From Vulcanimicrobiota bacterium (GTDB taxonomy: Bacteria; Vulcanimicrobiota; Vulcanimicrobiia; Vulcanimicrobiales; Vulcanimicrobiaceae): a stretch of 64,000 nt of DNA. The DNA is taken from positions 1,664,001 through 1,728,000 of the forward strand of contig OY968762.1 of NCBI GenBank assembly GCA_963695225.1, given 5' to 3'. Shown in pieces: positions 9,151-19,180 of this stretch. The position numbers were made by a program, and so were the translations under genes. The stretch's first letter is position 1, and each line of letters begins with the position of its first letter. The notes under the pieces are model-generated. The model was given only the letters and a program-made list of their open reading frames with translations, did not search any database and was not told where the DNA came from.

Positions 9151-12150
9151 ATGGCACTAACCGGGGAGCAGCGCGCAGCCGTCGAGGCGGGCGGGGGGAA
9201 CGCTCTCGTCCTCGCCGGCCCCGGTACGGGAAAGACGACGGTCATCGCAGCGCGCTGCGCCGCGCTCCTCGCGAACGGCGAAGCGCCCGAGCGCATCCTG
9301 ACGCTGACGTTTTCGCGTCGCGCGGCAGCCGAGCTTCGGGAGCGGTTGGCCGCGATCGCGCCCGGCGCGGAACTCGAGGTCCGCACGTTCCACGGGTTCG
9401 CCTCCCGCCTGCTCGAGGCCGAGGGCCCGCGCTTTCGGAGCCGCCGCCTCCTGGATGCGCTCGCGCGCCGGCTCGTGCTGGAGCGGGCGAACGAGGGCGT
9501 CCGGCCGCAGTCCTATGCGGGCGAGGTCTGGCGCTCCCGCCGTTTCCAAGACGAGGCGAGCGCCCTGCTCGGCGCGCTCGAGCGTTCGCTCCCCGAAACG
9601 CTTGCCGACGTACGCGCGCGCGCAACACCGCGCATCGGCGATCTCCTCGCGCTCGACGCGCGCGCCCGCGAGTTGCGCGCACGGCTGCGCGCGAGCGATC
9701 TCGAAGATCTCGTGCGCCGCGCGGTCGCTGCGCTGGGCGACGAGCGCAGCCCGCAAACGCGCTGGCTGGACGGCCGCTACGAGCACGTCCTCGTCGACGA
9801 GTTCCAGGACGTCGACCGCATGCAGTTCGAGTTGCTCGCGTCGTTCGTCCGGCTCGGCGCCCGGCTCTTCGCCGTCGGCGATCCGGCGCAGGCGATCTAC
9901 CGTTTCCGCGGCGCGACGCACGGCATCCTCGAACTCGCGCGCGAGCGTTTCGATATGCGTCCGTTCCCGCTGACCGCCTCGCAACGCTGTCCGCAATCGA
10001 TTTGCGATCTCGCGGCGCAGACGCCGCTCCCCGGCGCGGCGCCGATCCAGAACGCAAACGGGAAGGAGGGTGCGCAGCCCGAGGTTCTGCGCGCCGCAAC
10101 GACGCTCGATGAAGCGGCGCTCGTCGCCGACCGGATCGAAGCGGCGATCGAGCGCGGTACGCCGCCCGAGCGCATCGCGGTGTTGCTGCGCACGCTGCGC
10201 CCGCTCTCCTGGGTCCTCACCGGCGAGTTGCGCGGGCGCGGCATCCCGTTCGTCGCCCCGGCGCGCGACGCGTTTCTCGCCGATCCGCTCGTCGAGGTCG
10301 TGCGCGCCTCGCTCGAGTTGTTCCGCGCGCCGCTCGACATCGAGCGCTGGCGCCGGCTGCTCAGCACCGAGACGTTCGGCTTCGATCCGATCGCACTGCG
10401 CTTCGCGGTGCGCAAGCTCCCGACCGGCGGTTTCCCCACTGCGCTCGCGGCATACGACGCGGTCGCGGGGGAATCGAGCCGAATCCCGTGGCGCGACGTC
10501 GCTCGCGCGCTGGCCGCCGCGCACGCGCACTGGATCGCGGGCGATCTCGCGAAGTGCCTGCGCGCGCTCGTGCGCGAGCTCGGCTTGTTCGCTTCGGCCG
10601 TCGGGGGCCCGGGCGGGCCGGTGGCCGCACGTTCTACGATCGCGCGCGTCGAGCGATTCATCGATGGGCTCTCCGGCGCGCAACGGACGCTCGCGCTACT
10701 CGGCGCGCCGTCCCTGCCGACGGACGTCGTCGCCCGGCTCGACGAATACTTCGACGCGCTCGTGCCGGAGGGAGCGCCCGAACCCGATGAGCCGGGGGTG
10801 CGGATCCTCACCATCCACGGCGCGAAGGGCCTCGAATTCGACGAGGTCATCATCGCGGACGCCGTCGATGGAAGGTTCCCGCAGGAAGAGCGGACGTGCG
10901 CGCTCCTCGATGCCGCGGAATGCGCGATCTTCGAGGAGGCCGGGGTCGATAGTCCGCTCTTCGGCGGCGAACGGCAGCGCGTTGAGGAAGCCGCGCTCTG
11001 GTACGTCGCCGCCACTCGCACGCGCGCCCGGCTCACGATCGCCTATGCGTGCGAAGATCTCGACGGCACGCCGCTGCGCCCTTCGCGCTTCATCCCGGCC
11101 TCGCACGCGCTCGACGACGCGGCGCCCACGTACCGCCGCTCCCTCGAGCGAATCGAAAGCGCGGCATTCCGCGGGCGCGACCCCGTTCTGCGGGCGAGCT
11201 TGGCGGATAGCTCGCGCCTGCGCCGCGCGCCGTTGCTCGCCGCCTACCTTACGCGCGGCGATGCGCTCTTCGAGCCGCTCGAGCCGCGCCCCGTCCTCGC
11301 GGACGACGCGATCGCCGTCGGCGCTGTCGGGGAGTGGTATCGCTGCCCGAGGCGCTACTACTACGGCCGCCTCCTCCGCCTGGAATCGGCCGCCGCGACG
11401 CCGTTCGCGGTGGGGACGCTCCTGCACGACGTGCTGCAACTCTTCCACATGCGCAGAAGCGACTTCTCGCGCGTCGTGCCGGAAGACGTCGCGCGCTGGG
11501 AGGGCGAGTTGCATGCCCTCCTCCGCGAGCGCTTCGAGCCGGGCGCGTTCGAGACGCGAGCCGAAGCGGACGCCGCGCACGCCTTTCTCTCGCGCGCCCT
11601 CGCGCGCTACGCGCGGTCGCTTTACGTCGAGGCGATGGAGGACCCGTTCCAGGTGGAGGCCTGCGAGGAGAACCTGTTGCTCCAGCTCGGCAAGGGCGTG
11701 CTGCGCGGGCGCATCGACCGCGTCGACCGGGCTTCGGACGGCTCGCTCATCCTAAGGGATTACAAGTCGGGGCGCCTCCACCGGCGCTTCACCGACGCGC
11801 TTCGAAAGATGGAACAGGTCTTGGAGGCCGGCGAGCCGACGTACGCGGGCCTCGCCGAGATGTTCAATCCGCAGCTCGCGCTCTATCGAGCGGGAACGCC
11901 CGGAGTCGGCCGCCTCGACTATATCTACTTCAGAGGCGAAAAAGACGACCGGGGAGCCGTCGTCCGCGACGAGACGCGCGTCGCCGCCGTCGCGCCGCTC
12001 CTGGAACGTTTGGTCGACGACATTCGCACGAACCTCATCGACGCGCTCGCGACCGGCGCACTCGACACGATCCCGTCCACGCCGCGCGAGAAGAACTGTC
12101 GAGACTGCAACTACGCGGGCGTTTGCGACGGCCCCGGAGGGCAGCCGTGA
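9151..12150 (+). CDS. UvrD-like helicase fused to RecB-family PD-(D/E)XK nuclease (AdnA/AddB-like subunit)
   Basis: AGPGTGKT, VDEFQD, VGDPAQAIYRFRGA, TIHGAKGLEF; nuclease GRIDRVD..DYKSG..QLALY; Cys pattern CPRRY ... CRDCNYAGVC. Confidence 0.88.
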   Translation: MALTGEQRAAVEAGGGNALVLAGPGTGKTTVIAARCAALLANGEAPERILTLTFSRRAAAELRERLAAIAPGAELEVRTFHGFASRLLEAEGPRFRSRRLLDALARRLVLERANEGVRPQSYAGEVWRSRRFQDEASALLGALERSLPETLADVRARATPRIGDLLALDARARELRARLRASDLEDLVRRAVAALGDERSPQTRWLDGRYEHVLVDEFQDVDRMQFELLASFVRLGARLFAVGDPAQAIYRFRGATHGILELARERFDMRPFPLTASQRCPQSICDLAAQTPLPGAAPIQNANGKEGAQPEVLRAATTLDEAALVADRIEAAIERGTPPERIAVLLRTLRPLSWVLTGELRGRGIPFVAPARDAFLADPLVEVVRASLELFRAPLDIERWRRLLSTETFGFDPIALRFAVRKLPTGGFPTALAAYDAVAGESSRIPWRDVARALAAAHAHWIAGDLAKCLRALVRELGLFASAVGGPGGPVAARSTIARVERFIDGLSGAQRTLALLGAPSLPTDVVARLDEYFDALVPEGAPEPDEPGVRILTIHGAKGLEFDEVIIADAVDGRFPQEERTCALLDAAECAIFEEAGVDSPLFGGERQRVEEAALWYVAATRTRARLTIAYACEDLDGTPLRPSRFIPASHALDDAAPTYRRSLERIESAAFRGRDPVLRASLADSSRLRRAPLLAAYLTRGDALFEPLEPRPVLADDAIAVGAVGEWYRCPRRYYYGRLLRLESAAATPFAVGTLLHDVLQLFHMRRSDFSRVVPEDVARWEGELHALLRERFEPGAFETRAEADAAHAFLSRALARYARSLYVEAMEDPFQVEACEENLLLQLGKGVLRGRIDRVDRASDGSLILRDYKSGRLHRRFTDALRKMEQVLEAGEPTYAGLAEMFNPQLALYRAGTPGVGRLDYIYFRGEKDDRGAVVRDETRVAAVAPLLERLVDDIRTNLIDALATGALDTIPSTPREKNCRDCNYAGVCDGPGGQP

Positions 12151-15100
12151 CGGCGCAAACGCTTCCGAGCAAGGGGCAGCGGGAGGCGATCGGAGCGCCG
12201 CTGCGGGGTCCGCACCTCGTTCGCGCGGGCGCGGGAACGGGGAAGACGTTCACGCTCGTCGAGCGCGCGATCGCGCTCGCGCAAAGCGCCTCGGACGAAC
12301 AACGAGTGCGCCCGAGCGAATTGCTCGTGGTGACGTTCACGAACAAGGCTGCTAGCGAGATTGCAGCCCGTTTGACGCGCGCTCTGCGAGCGCGCGGCAT
12401 CGAAGAAGCGCCGACCTGCTCGACGTTTCACGCGCTCGGCAGCGCCATTCTCAAGGAATTCGCCGCCGAATCCGGCCTCTCGCCCGACGTCCGGGCGATC
12501 CCGAAGCCCCGCGCCCGCGCGGTGTTCCGGCGAGCGTTCAAAGATCTGCTCGAGCACCGCATCTACGTCGATCCGTCCGCGCTCCCGCTCCTGGATCGCT
12601 TGGAGGATCTCGAGTTGAGCCTTGCCGAGATCGCGCTCCGTCTGCGCGATCTCGGCCTCTCCGTCGACGAGTTCGAAGCGCGCGCCCTCGCGGCGGCGCA
12701 TGCGCTGCGAACGCAGACGTGGGGCCAACTCTGGAGCCCTGGGAAACGCAAGGCCCAACCGCGGATCGCGCTCGAACCGAAGCTCGAACGCAGCCTGCTG
12801 GAGCGCGCGGAGGAGGCGGAACGCGAGGAGCGCAACGTGCGCGCCGTCGCCACGCTGTTCCGCCGTTTCGACGATCTGCTCCGCGAGGAGGCGCTCGTCA
12901 CGTTCGGCGATCTGCTCGCGCGAGCCGCTCGGCTCGTGCGCGGTTCGCCGGCCGTAGCGGCGGCGCTGCGCAATCGCTGGAAGCACGCGCTCGTCGACGA
13001 GTTCCAGGATACGAACCCCCTGCAGGTCGAGCTTCTCCAGGCGATCTTCGGCGACGCGCTCGTCCCCGTCATGGCCGTCGGCGACGTACGGCAGGCGATC
13101 TACGCGTTCAACGGCGCAGATCCGTCGGGCATCCTGCGTTTCGGTGAGTTGCGCGGGTGCGTGACCCACACGTTGGCCGAGAATCGCCGCTCCGTCCAGC
13201 AGATCCTCGACGCGGCGCACGCCTTTCTCGGGCGCGACGCCGCGACCGCGGCGGATCCGGCGGGGCACGCGCCGCTCGTCGCCGTCAAGGGCGCCGCGGA
13301 GCATTTTCCGCTGCGCGTGCAGGCGTTCGGGACCGGCGACCTCGACGCGGGGCGCGCACTCGAGGCGCTGGCGATCGCCTCCGAGATCGCACGCTTGGTC
13401 GCAGGCGGCACGCGGCCGCGCGAGATCGCGATCTTGCTGCGCGGCTGGCGCCGGGCGCGCGTCTACGTCGACGCGCTGCACGAGCGCGGCATCCCGGCGA
13501 AGACGCACGGCGGCGTGGGCTTCCTCGACGCCCCCGAGATTCGCGACGCGCTCGCGTGGCTGCGCCTGATCCTCGATCCGACCGACCGGGCTGCGACCGT
13601 GCGCGTGTTGCAGAGCCCCACCTGCGGGCTCTCCGACGGCACGCTGGTCGCGCTCGCCCACGGCGCGGTGACGCTCGACCGCGAAGCGTGGTCCGAGCCC
13701 GTCGCGAGTTGGCTGCGCGACGCGGAGCGCGAGCGTCTGCTCGGCGCTCGCGAGGTCTTGCGCCGGCTCGGGCACGCCGTCGCTCTCCCGCTCTCGCACG
13801 CGGTCGGCGAGATCGTCGCTGGGACCGGGATCGATCTCGCCTACGCCGCCGTCGATCCGCGCGGCGCCGAGCAGGCGCGCGCGAATCTCGCCAAGCTCGT
13901 GCGCCTCGCGGCCGCGTTCGAACGCGACCGGCCGGGGGCCCGGGCCCACGATTTCGTGCGCGAGCTCGACGAGCGCCTGGAATTCGACGACGACGAGCGC
14001 GAGGCGGATTTCGGGGACGACGAGGTCTCGATCATGACGGCGCACGGGGCGAAGGGCCTCGAGTGGGAGGTCGTCTTCATCGCGAACGTTTCGCCCGCGT
14101 CGTTCCCCTCGCAGGGCGGCGGCTTCGCGCCGTGCGCCGTCGTGGACGAGCGTTCCGGAGCGCTCGCGCTGCGCTACGCCGTCGACGGATCGGTCCCGCT
14201 GCGCTGGACGATGTTGCAAGAGCACGACGAAGCGACGGGCGAACGAACCCAATCCTCCGGCGACGCGCGCAAGGCGGAGGAGGCGCGGCTCTTCTACGTG
14301 GCGATGACGCGCGCGAAGACGCGCCTCTACGTGAGCGGCGCGAACGGCCGCCCCCCCGGCACCGCGAACGGGGCCGCGTACAAACCCAGCCAGTACCTCA
14401 CCGCCGTCCGGGAGTGGGCGCTGGAGCAAGGCCTCTCCGACGCCGAGCTCGCGTTCGGCTCCGATGACGCGCCCCGGCCTGCCGTGCCGTCCGAGCGGGC
14501 TGCGAAAAAGATGCTCGACCGGGCGCGCGCGGAGGCCGCCTGCGAACGCCTGCGGCGCGTGCTCGAACGAGAGCATGCCGCGAGCGTTGCGAGCGAGCCG
14601 CCGCCGCGCGTCCTCTCGTACTCCGCGATCGGCGCGTACGCGGCGTGCCCGCGGCTCGCGCGGTACCGCTACCTCTTCCGCATCCCGGATCTGCGCGACG
14701 AGGCGGCGACGCCGCTCTGGACGGCCGAGGGTTCGGACCCGCTCGCCGACAAGCTCCCGCCCGCCGCCTTCGGCACGATCGTGCACCGCGCGCTCGAACT
14801 GTGCGCGCGCGCGCAGATCGCGGGCGAACGCATCGAACTCGAGCGATTCGTCGAGCAAGCGTTGGAAGAAGAGGAACGCGAGGCCGCTCCCGCGCTCGCG
14901 GCGCGCGTCGCAGCGACCGTGCTCCACGGTCTGGAAGCGCTCGAAGCGTTCGTGCCGCGCGAGCCCGAACTGCGGTTCGACGCGACGGTGGCTGGGAATC
15001 GCGTCGGCGGCTACATCGATCTGGTCGCCGAGGATGCCGCGGGTCGCCCGGTCGTGATCGATTACAAGACGGGGCACACGCCGGAGGGCGCGTACCGCCT

Positions 15101-15353
15101 GCAACTGACCCTCTACCGGCGCGTCCTGCGAGATCGCTTCGAACGGCCGCTACGCACCGGCGTCTTGCGGCTCTCACCGGACGAAGCAACGTTCGCGGAG
15201 CTCGAACCGCTCGACGACGCCGTGCTGGACGAAGCGATCCGCGCCGCCGCGCGGCTCGACGACGATACGCCGCGCCCCGGCGCCCAGTGCCGCTCGTGTC
15301 CCTACGCCGGCCCGCTCTGCCGCGAGGGCGCGGCGGAGATCGCTACGGCTTGA
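12147..15353 (+). CDS. UvrD-like helicase fused to RecB-family nuclease (AdnB/AddA-like subunit)
   Basis: GTG 12147 overlaps the upstream stop (GTGA); AGAGTGKT, VDEFQDTN, GDVRQAIYAF, TAHGAKGLEW, EEARLFYVAMTRAK; GYIDLV..IDYKTG..QLTLY; CPR ... CRSCPYAGPLC. Confidence 0.88.
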   Translation: MTAQTLPSKGQREAIGAPLRGPHLVRAGAGTGKTFTLVERAIALAQSASDEQRVRPSELLVVTFTNKAASEIAARLTRALRARGIEEAPTCSTFHALGSAILKEFAAESGLSPDVRAIPKPRARAVFRRAFKDLLEHRIYVDPSALPLLDRLEDLELSLAEIALRLRDLGLSVDEFEARALAAAHALRTQTWGQLWSPGKRKAQPRIALEPKLERSLLERAEEAEREERNVRAVATLFRRFDDLLREEALVTFGDLLARAARLVRGSPAVAAALRNRWKHALVDEFQDTNPLQVELLQAIFGDALVPVMAVGDVRQAIYAFNGADPSGILRFGELRGCVTHTLAENRRSVQQILDAAHAFLGRDAATAADPAGHAPLVAVKGAAEHFPLRVQAFGTGDLDAGRALEALAIASEIARLVAGGTRPREIAILLRGWRRARVYVDALHERGIPAKTHGGVGFLDAPEIRDALAWLRLILDPTDRAATVRVLQSPTCGLSDGTLVALAHGAVTLDREAWSEPVASWLRDAERERLLGAREVLRRLGHAVALPLSHAVGEIVAGTGIDLAYAAVDPRGAEQARANLAKLVRLAAAFERDRPGARAHDFVRELDERLEFDDDEREADFGDDEVSIMTAHGAKGLEWEVVFIANVSPASFPSQGGGFAPCAVVDERSGALALRYAVDGSVPLRWTMLQEHDEATGERTQSSGDARKAEEARLFYVAMTRAKTRLYVSGANGRPPGTANGAAYKPSQYLTAVREWALEQGLSDAELAFGSDDAPRPAVPSERAAKKMLDRARAEAACERLRRVLEREHAASVASEPPPRVLSYSAIGAYAACPRLARYRYLFRIPDLRDEAATPLWTAEGSDPLADKLPPAAFGTIVHRALELCARAQIAGERIELERFVEQALEEEEREAAPALAARVAATVLHGLEALEAFVPREPELRFDATVAGNRVGGYIDLVAEDAAGRPVVIDYKTGHTPEGAYRLQLTLYRRVLRDRFERPLRTGVLRLSPDEATFAELEPLDDAVLDEAIRAAARLDDDTPRPGAQCRSCPYAGPLCREGAAEIATA

Positions 15354-15897
15354 CCTTCAGCTCGTCGGCGACGGTCTTGACGCCGGCGGAATGTTTCGCG
15401 GCGTCGAGCATCGTCGCTTTGATCGCCTCCGTCTTCACGTCGCCGCTGAGCGTGACGGCACCTGCGTGCGCCCGAACCTTCACGGTGAGCGCATTCACGC
15501 CCGCCTGCGCGATCAACGCGCCGGTCACGACGGCGACCGTTCCGGCATCCTTCGCTTGATCGGTCGCCGGCGGCAGCTTCGGATCGGCGACGATCGTCGA
15601 AGTCACGCTCTTGACGCCCGGAACACCCTTCGCCGCTGCGAGGAAGCGCTCGGCGATCGCTGCGGATTTCGCCTTGCCGCTCAACGTGACGACGCCGCCA
15701 TGCGATCCGACCGCAACGTGCAGCGCGGAATCCGCGTCGATCCCAACCAGGCGCGCGGTAATCTGGGCGACGACGGCTCCGTCGCCGAGCACGACGGGTG
15801 CCGATTGTTGCAGCGATTTCGTCGCATCCTCGACCTGCGTCGACGAGCAGCCGGCGGCGAAAACGGCGGCGGCCAACGCGAGCGCACGCAACTTCAT
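15343..15897 (-). CDS. Dual BON-domain (OsmY-like) lipoprotein
   Basis: Lipobox FAAG-C; two repeats with GVVTLSG / GAVTLSG and GVK(S/T)V. Confidence 0.88.
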   Translation of the reverse strand: MKLRALALAAAVFAAGCSSTQVEDATKSLQQSAPVVLGDGAVVAQITARLVGIDADSALHVAVGSHGGVVTLSGKAKSAAIAERFLAAAKGVPGVKSVTSTIVADPKLPPATDQAKDAGTVAVVTGALIAQAGVNALTVKVRAHAGAVTLSGDVKTEAIKATMLDAAKHSAGVKTVADELKVKP

Positions 15898-15989
15898 GGC
15901 AAATCTCCCTCTTCTCTCGAGTTCCGCGACGCGACAGTCCGCAAACTCGCCCTCGATCTACGCGCGCGCGGGAGGCGATCCCTCGGCCG

Positions 15990-16550
15990 CTACGCCGAAC
16001 GCGCGGCTTGCGCGCCGGCGTTCGCGAAACGGAACGAGCGCAGCCGGCCGTCGCGTAAGGAAAACATGTGAATCGCAGGTTCCTCGAGGCTCGGCACCAC
16101 GGCCGGCAGCGCGGCGGCGATGCGCCGCGCTTCTTCGAGGCGCGCGGCTTGCCCGGCGTACGCTTCGATCCGCACCGCGTGCGCGCGCTTGCGCTCGTCG
16201 TACACGAGGGCGTCCGCTCGCGGCGGCGGCGACCCGAACCGCGCGGCCGGGAGCGCGAAGAGGCGCCGCGCGAGCGGTGAGCGGCCAAAGCGAGCTGCGG
16301 CTCGGAGCGTCGCGCCCTGGACCTCGTGGCGCGCGATCGCATCGAGCGAGCGCCCTTCCTCGAAGAGGACTCCGTCGAGCGCTTCGAGCGCGACGTTCCC
16401 GAACGCGTGCAGGTCGATCGCCTCGTCGCGCAAGCCCCGGGCGGCCTGGACCCTTGCAAGAGCGGCGCGGACGGCGCGCTCGACGAGTTCGGGGGAGCGA
16501 AGGATGAAGGAAAGGCGGTCGTCGTTCACGTTGGATTCAGTTTGGCCCAT
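15990..16550 (-). CDS. Hypothetical protein
   Basis: Plausible composition from ATG 16550 (MGQTESNVNDDRLSF..); fills the gap between BON and GNAT genes. Confidence 0.55.
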   Translation of the reverse strand: MGQTESNVNDDRLSFILRSPELVERAVRAALARVQAARGLRDEAIDLHAFGNVALEALDGVLFEEGRSLDAIARHEVQGATLRAAARFGRSPLARRLFALPAARFGSPPPRADALVYDERKRAHAVRIEAYAGQAARLEEARRIAAALPAVVPSLEEPAIHMFSLRDGRLRSFRFANAGAQAARSA

Positions 16551-16695
16551 GATTGTGCCAGCGATATGGCACAGTTGACCGCAGGCCAACAATTCCGCGT
16601 CGTGCGCTCGCGTCTCGGCAACATCGACCGTCGCGCTCGCCAACCGGCCGCAAGCCTACCGGAGCCGGGCTACGCTCGCTCGAAACGAAGAGCAC

Positions 16696-17217
16696 ATGGG
16701 GAATCCCGGCTCAACGACGGTTCGCGCCGCCACGGAGGACGATCTTGCAGCCATTGTCGATTTGATCGCGGCGGAAGCGGCGGACGGACGCTGGATTGCG
16801 ACGGACCTTCCGGTCGACCACACTCAGCTGCGACGGCGTATGCTGCAGCTGCTGCAGCGCAGTGACGCACGCAGCTTCGTTGCAATCGGCGCCGAGCGCA
16901 TCGTGGGCGAACTGAGCATCTCAACGCGCCGTTCGGGGCTCCTTGAGTTCGGGATGATCGTGGCGGCTGACCGGCGTGCCGGAGGCGTTGGAAGCGCTCT
17001 GCTGGCGGCAGGTATTGCGTGGGGTCGCGAGATCGGAGCGCATAAGATCATGCTTGAAGTGTTTCCGCATAACGTCGCCGCGCGTGCGCTTTACGGCAAG
17101 TTCGGTTTCGCGGAAGAGGGATATTTCCGAAGACACGTGAGGCGGAAGAACGGCGAGCTTTGGGATTGCATACCGATGAGCTTGTCGCTGAACGAACGAC
17201 CTGCGAACGAAGCGTAA
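16696..17217 (+). CDS. GNAT-family N-acetyltransferase
   Basis: Acetyl-CoA motif RRAGGVGSALL; LEVFPHNVAARALYGKFGFAEEG. Confidence 0.9.
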   Translation: MGNPGSTTVRAATEDDLAAIVDLIAAEAADGRWIATDLPVDHTQLRRRMLQLLQRSDARSFVAIGAERIVGELSISTRRSGLLEFGMIVAADRRAGGVGSALLAAGIAWGREIGAHKIMLEVFPHNVAARALYGKFGFAEEGYFRRHVRRKNGELWDCIPMSLSLNERPANEA

Positions 17218-17503
17218 CCTGGGGGGAACACTCCACGCGCAGGAGCGCGAGGAACGTGACGAACGCGGCGGCCAGGGCGAGCATCCCGCAGCCGCAACCG
17301 GAGGGTTCTCTCGACCGCCTGCGGTCGCCGTCCAACAGGCCGAAGATGAGCGGCAGGTTGCCGGGGTCGCGCGGATCGAGATGCACGTCACGATCCTCGC
17401 ACGAGCCGGCGACGGACGCTTGGCATGACGCGCTCGCCGATCCGGGCCCAAACGGCCGTTGCTCGAAGTGGAAACGGCGTCGAACGGCGTATCGAAGGAA
17501 CGG

Positions 17504-18436
17504 ATGTCACGCCGGCCGATCCACTCGCTGCTCGCGGCCTCGATTGCAATTGCTCTCGCGCTCTCCGCATCGGCGTTCCCCCGCGGCGCGGGGGCGGCCG
17601 CGCTCCCGCCGATCTTGGCGGACGTCCGCGACGTCATCGGCGCGGTCGGCGGAGCGAACACCGTCACGCTCTCCGCCTACACGCTCTCCCCTCGCGGGAA
17701 AATGAGCGCCGCTCTCCTCGCCGCGGCGGCCCGCGGCGCGCGCGTGAGCGTCGCCCTCGACGGCAGCGCGTTCGGTGCGGCGGCGCAGAGCAACGCGCGC
17801 ACGATCGCCGAGTTCGGAGCGCATGGGATACGCGTCCACCTCACGGAGCGCCCGCTCCACCTCAAAGCGGCCGTGATCGACGGGACGGTCTACCTTTCCG
17901 ATCGCAATTGGACGGGCGGGCGCGGCCGCGAGGTCGTGATTCGCGATCCCTATCCGACCGATCGAGCGATGGTCGAGCGCGCGATTCTAGGAGAGGCCGG
18001 AAGCAACGAGCACCTGTGGCTACGCAAAGCCGACGCGCTGGCGGCCGAAGCGCGGCTCGTCTCGCAGCGGACCGCGCACGACGTCTTCGTCGAGAGCGAA
18101 TCGTTCGGGACGGGTACGCCGCTCTACGACGCGCTCGCGGCGCGGGCGCGCGCGCACGACTCGGTGCATCTGATCGTCGCCTCGTTCGAATATCGCCGCT
18201 CGGCGGCCGAGCGGCAAGCGATCGCGGAACTCGCGCGAAACGGCGTGAGCGTTCGGCTCGGAACGAGCGGGGAGAAGCTCGCGATCGACGGCTCGAACGC
18301 CTGGATCGGCAGCGCGAACGCGACCCGCGGCCTGCCGAATCAAGTCGACTTCGGCTTCATCTTCCACAACCGTGAGATCGCAGCGCAACTGCGCGCGCAG
18401 TACGACGCGAACTGGAGCCGCGCGACGCCGCTCTAA
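17504..18436 (+). CDS. Secreted phospholipase D-like domain protein
   Basis: Signal peptide from ATG 17504 (SD AAGGA); HLKAAVIDG motif; second, degenerate motif GEKLAIDG..WIGSAN. Confidence 0.8.
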   Translation: MSRRPIHSLLAASIAIALALSASAFPRGAGAAALPPILADVRDVIGAVGGANTVTLSAYTLSPRGKMSAALLAAAARGARVSVALDGSAFGAAAQSNARTIAEFGAHGIRVHLTERPLHLKAAVIDGTVYLSDRNWTGGRGREVVIRDPYPTDRAMVERAILGEAGSNEHLWLRKADALAAEARLVSQRTAHDVFVESESFGTGTPLYDALAARARAHDSVHLIVASFEYRRSAAERQAIAELARNGVSVRLGTSGEKLAIDGSNAWIGSANATRGLPNQVDFGFIFHNREIAAQLRAQYDANWSRATPL

Positions 18437-18475
18437 TGTCGCTGCGATGCGGTTCTGATGCCGGCTTGCGGCGCC

Positions 18476-19030
18476 TCAGACGCCTGCGAAGAGATCGTCG
18501 GCATCGAGGACGAGCCCCGGGTGCTCCCGCACTTCGATAGCGCCGGCAGCCGGCGTCGTAACAACGCCGTCCGCGGTGTGTTGGGCGATCGTCCGTTCGC
18601 GCGAATCGACGACGATGACGGCGCGCGCGCCGTGCCGGAGGTAGAGCGCGACCTTCTCGGCGAGCGTCTTCCGTGAATCTTCCGGAGAGATGATCTCGAC
18701 CGCGATATCGGGAGCCAGGCGCGGACGCTCGCGTGCGTCTTCCGGCAGCGCGAGCGGAAGCCGTTCGAACGATACATACGCAACATCCGGAACGAGCGAG
18801 GAAGCCTTGCCCTCCCTTTCTAGCAGATAGAAGCGCCATTCCGTTCCGGCCTCGCCGCGCCCGCGCGCCCAGCGGTCCAGTTGCGCGAAGAGGCGCCCCT
18901 GCAGCAACGCGTGGCGCCGCCGGGGACTCACTTTTTGCTCGAGCCGCCCGCGGATCGACTCCACGTACGGCTTCTCGGTGTCCGTGAACTCGAGCGACGC
19001 GGGAATGGGGGCGACGATGTTTGCAGGCAT
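18476..19030 (-). CDS. Uma2/DUF820-family putative endonuclease
   Basis: LVPDVAYV, APDIAVEIISPED, KVALYLRHGAR. Confidence 0.88.
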   Translation of the reverse strand: MPANIVAPIPASLEFTDTEKPYVESIRGRLEQKVSPRRRHALLQGRLFAQLDRWARGRGEAGTEWRFYLLEREGKASSLVPDVAYVSFERLPLALPEDARERPRLAPDIAVEIISPEDSRKTLAEKVALYLRHGARAVIVVDSRERTIAQHTADGVVTTPAAGAIEVREHPGLVLDADDLFAGV

Positions 19031-19180
19031 GGCTTCACCGCCAACCTATCACGCCCCAAAGCCGCCCGGCAAGGCGCCGAAGCCCTTCGGACAAGCTTTC
19101 ATTCGCTTACGCGTGGCCTCGGGCCATGGGTCGATCGAGGGCGACCCGGACGCCCCTCGACGGGCTAAAGTGGCGACGGG

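Noticed and set aside
11334..12146. N-terminal 271 aa of track ORF 11334..15353 (and similar extensions of 5253, 5591, 7309, 52573, 56063, 56068)
   Set aside because: Overlap upstream genes in another frame with low-complexity sequence; true starts are at stop/start overlaps or SD-preceded ATGs
17048..17386. Possible small membrane protein MHLDPRDPGNLPLIFGLL..GCGCGMLAL..
   Set aside because: N-terminal half looks plausible, but the frame overlaps the convergent GNAT gene by 170 nt and has no clear SD; cannot be supported
18476..19030. Uma2 gene as marker of a mobile element or defence island
   Set aside because: No integrase, transposase, terminal repeats or methylase nearby; Uma2 genes are commonly scattered singletons
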